The notes under the pieces were generated by a model. It did no database searches. It was not told the origin of the DNA and saw nothing but the letters and a program-made list of their open reading frames with translations. 11,700 bases of DNA, taken from a bacterium. Its GTDB lineage: Bacteria; Bacteroidota; Ignavibacteria; UBA10030. The stretch lies in contig JAZDJN010000074.1 of assembly GCA_043803945.1 (NCBI GenBank), positions 1 through 11,700 of the forward strand. The letters are read 5' to 3'. The stretch's first letter is position 1. Each line of letters begins with the position of its first letter. Shown piece by piece: positions 10,301-11,700 of this stretch. Position numbers and translations under genes: made by a program.

Positions 10301-11700
10301 TTCACACCATTGGCGTTAATCGCAAATACATTTCCGCTGGCATTCGTCAACGATGGTTTCGTAGCTCCAGTTGTTGACCATCGAATTGACACACCGGTAA
10401 CTGCAACCTGAACTTCACCTGTATAGGATCCTGAATTGACCAGAACGGTTCCACCCGCAGGGATTACCGCCAGTGCATCTTGAAGAGTTGCAAAAGCGTC
10501 GTAACCAAAGCTGGTTGCCGGACCCGTACCATCAGGATCTTCGTTGAGGTTCTTCCCAGCCCAGCCTGCATCAACGTACAGGAGAGAAGAGGTTGGTACA
10601 CCAATGACAAATTCACCATACGACGGAATTGCCGATATTCGTGTGCTCGTTGCTGCCCGAAGGTCTACTGTGGCTTTTGCCCAAGTGGATCCATTCTTCA
10701 CTGCAACTTCGAATTTATTCGGATCAGCGCCTGCATCCACGTCGGCAGCATTAAAGTTGAACGTTGCATAACTGAAGCTTCCTGAGGATCCAACATCTTC
10801 AATTATTTTCCAGGAACGGTTTACGCTTTTCGTCGCGACGAGACCAGAGTATTGAATATCGGCGTGATCTCCGGCTGTCGTGCTGACAGTAAGCCCGCTA
10901 TTGCCGAAACCATTGCCATAGTAAATCTCTATCGGGGTGTACTTCGTCGTGTCTCCAATTTCGAATAAAAAGCCGAACGATCCACCGGGAGCGTAGATCT
11001 TATGGAGATTACCAACGATATGCCCGCTGGTCCGGGTTACTGTTGCAGGGTAAGGAATGGTGATCGTGTTTGTCCCGGTGTTCAGATTACCGGCAATAAA
11101 GTTAAGATTTGTTGTCAGTGTCCGTGAGGCATGAAGGTTGACACTTGCAGCATTGTTGATGACGAGGGTAGCCGGTCCATTTGTTGCGGGAAATTCATTA
11201 TTTGAAGTTGTTTGAACCGCAGTACCATTGTATTCAAGCGTACCATTTGTACCATACGAGAATGTCTTACCATTGAGGTTCAGAGCACCGTTCTTTAGTT
11301 TGAATTTACCGTCAATAACTACGTTGCCCTGAAGAGATGTTCCATTCGAGTTATCCAGGATAAGGTCTTTTAATGCTGAAACACTACTGGGTATATTAAT
11401 AGTGCTCGTGCCCCCGATGATAACTGTGGTTGTATTATCCGTGGTGAGGGTGAGTGAGCTGCTCGTAATCGGCTGAGTGAGTGAAAGAATTTTATTAATA
11501 AGGTTGATCGTCGATGTTGAATTCGACCAGGTACTATTATTAGTTACGTCGCCAGTAATATTCAATGTAAATGACGAACCATTGGTTTGAATGATACCGC
11601 TCGCATTGTTCGTTAATGATCCATTAACCTGTGCGACTACCGTACTACCTGACTTGTTTTGCAATACTCCACTCGCCTCTACAATCAATGCTCCCTCAAA
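1..11700 (-). CDS. Giant (>3,900 aa) secreted/cell-surface protein, partial at both ends: six parallel beta-helix modules, two beta-sandwich modules and IPT/TIG-like repeats
   Basis: Hand translation of the minus frame starting at 11700 reads FEGALIVEASGVLQNKSG... through to ...SMTITNPSPGGG at base 1 with no stop codon. The supplied track lists no minus-strand ORF in this frame, which fits the absence of any stop. Coherent repeated domain motifs occur throughout. Confidence 0.97.
1360..1797 (-). other. Beta-sandwich module between the beta-helices and the Ig stalk
   Basis: ARYWEIT...FSLTFSY...LLRIAYR...GW...TITATGLTHLSQWTV. The motif order parallels the module at about 10600-10900 (NRSWKI...ATFNF...FEVAVK...TW...SYGEFVIG). 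Confidence 0.6.
1801..3720 (-). other. Parallel beta-helix module 6 (contains basic insert at 2452-2859)
   Basis: N-cap YRSITEALKA...LTGAGKDLTYL, coils (IRENRIRG, IENNEIRWN, TQNEIFENGD) and C-cap RFNWWG (1897-1908)...VVFSPFL. Confidence 0.85.
3769..5650 (-). other. Parallel beta-helix module 5 (contains basic insert at 4372-4740)
   Basis: N-cap YTRLSEAINY...LLGVGKDLSYI, coils (IENNRIRG, VRNNDVLWN, RDNRVFWNGD) and C-cap AQHNWWGDAAGP (3838-3849). Confidence 0.85.
5701..7590 (-). other. Parallel beta-helix module 4 (contains basic insert at 6322-6672)
   Basis: N-cap YRTLQEAIDN...LLGAGKDLSYI, coils (IRDNRVRG, IENNFIHWN, VRNKIFENGD) and C-cap AQHNWWGDAAGP (5770-5781). Confidence 0.85.
7621..8880 (-). 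other. Parallel beta-helix module 3
   Basis: N-cap KIDFAL...VTVEPGTYLESL, regular ~22 aa coils (NVTANKNGGRGIQL, GVTANKNHYDGIKV, TLVANENTSNGVVL) and C-cap PHNWWG (7687-7698). Confidence 0.85.
8941..9780 (-). other. Parallel beta-helix module 2
   Basis: N-cap FSSIQRGIEA...VIVKSGTYTEEVTVNK, coils (ISQNDINANSTGIVL, ISENFIHANSTGL) and C-cap YNNWWG (9034-9045)...VVYSSWL. Confidence 0.85.
9850..10584 (-). other. Parallel beta-helix module 1 (pectin lyase-like/NosD-type domain)
   Basis: N-cap LYVDAGW...FATLQDAL...VLVNSGSYTGEV, Asn-ladder coils (INNTINTNTTGIVL, IQNNNLAGNTG) and C-cap HDNWWG (NWWG at 9943-9954)...VSFAPWF. Confidence 0.85.
10600..11700 (-). other. N-proximal beta-solenoid-like region followed by a beta-sandwich module (protein domain region)
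   Basis: T/S/N/G-rich beta repeats (LTNNASG, LNITGDVTNN, LILDNSNG, LVINNAASVNL) are followed from about 11025 by GHIVGNLHK...FEIGDTTKYTP...KSVNRSWKI...FNFNAADVD...NGSTW...SYGEFVIG. This pattern resembles modules in large Bacteroidota/FCB secreted proteins. Recognised by eye, no HMM run. Confidence 0.6.

Noticed and set aside
398-10785. Remaining short ORFs in the supplied track on both strands
   Set aside because: All overlap the giant CDS in alternative frames, and some merely echo its repeats (e.g. 3593-3988 and 5594-5935). There is no independent evidence of coding.

Overview
The whole window is an internal fragment of one giant minus-strand CDS that the ORF track missed. Hand translation of the frame read from 11700 down to 1 gave 3,900 codons with no stop, and neither start nor stop lies in the window. 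From N to C (high to low coordinates) the architecture is: (1) a Ser/Thr/Asn-rich beta-solenoid-like region plus a beta-sandwich (about 11700-10600); (2) six tandem right-handed parallel beta-helix (pectin-lyase-like/NosD-type) modules, each ending in an NWWG cap (about 10584-1800); (3) a second beta-sandwich ending in THLSQW (about 1797-1360); (4) at least five IPT/TIG-like Ig repeats (1356-1). This looks like a very large secreted or surface protein, probably from an FCB-group bacterium (Bacteroidota/Ignavibacteria-like), which is an inference from motif style. The most unusual feature is that beta-helix modules 4, 5 and 6 are each interrupted at the equivalent position by a 117-136 aa strongly basic insert, and the three inserts do not align with each other. 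Other signals are a candidate H-L/S autoproteolysis motif, recurring K-x(3-4)-T-Q loops and dense D-(S/T)-hydrophobic O-glycosylation sequons in the Ig stalk. All ORFs in the supplied track appear to be shadow or off-frame artefacts.
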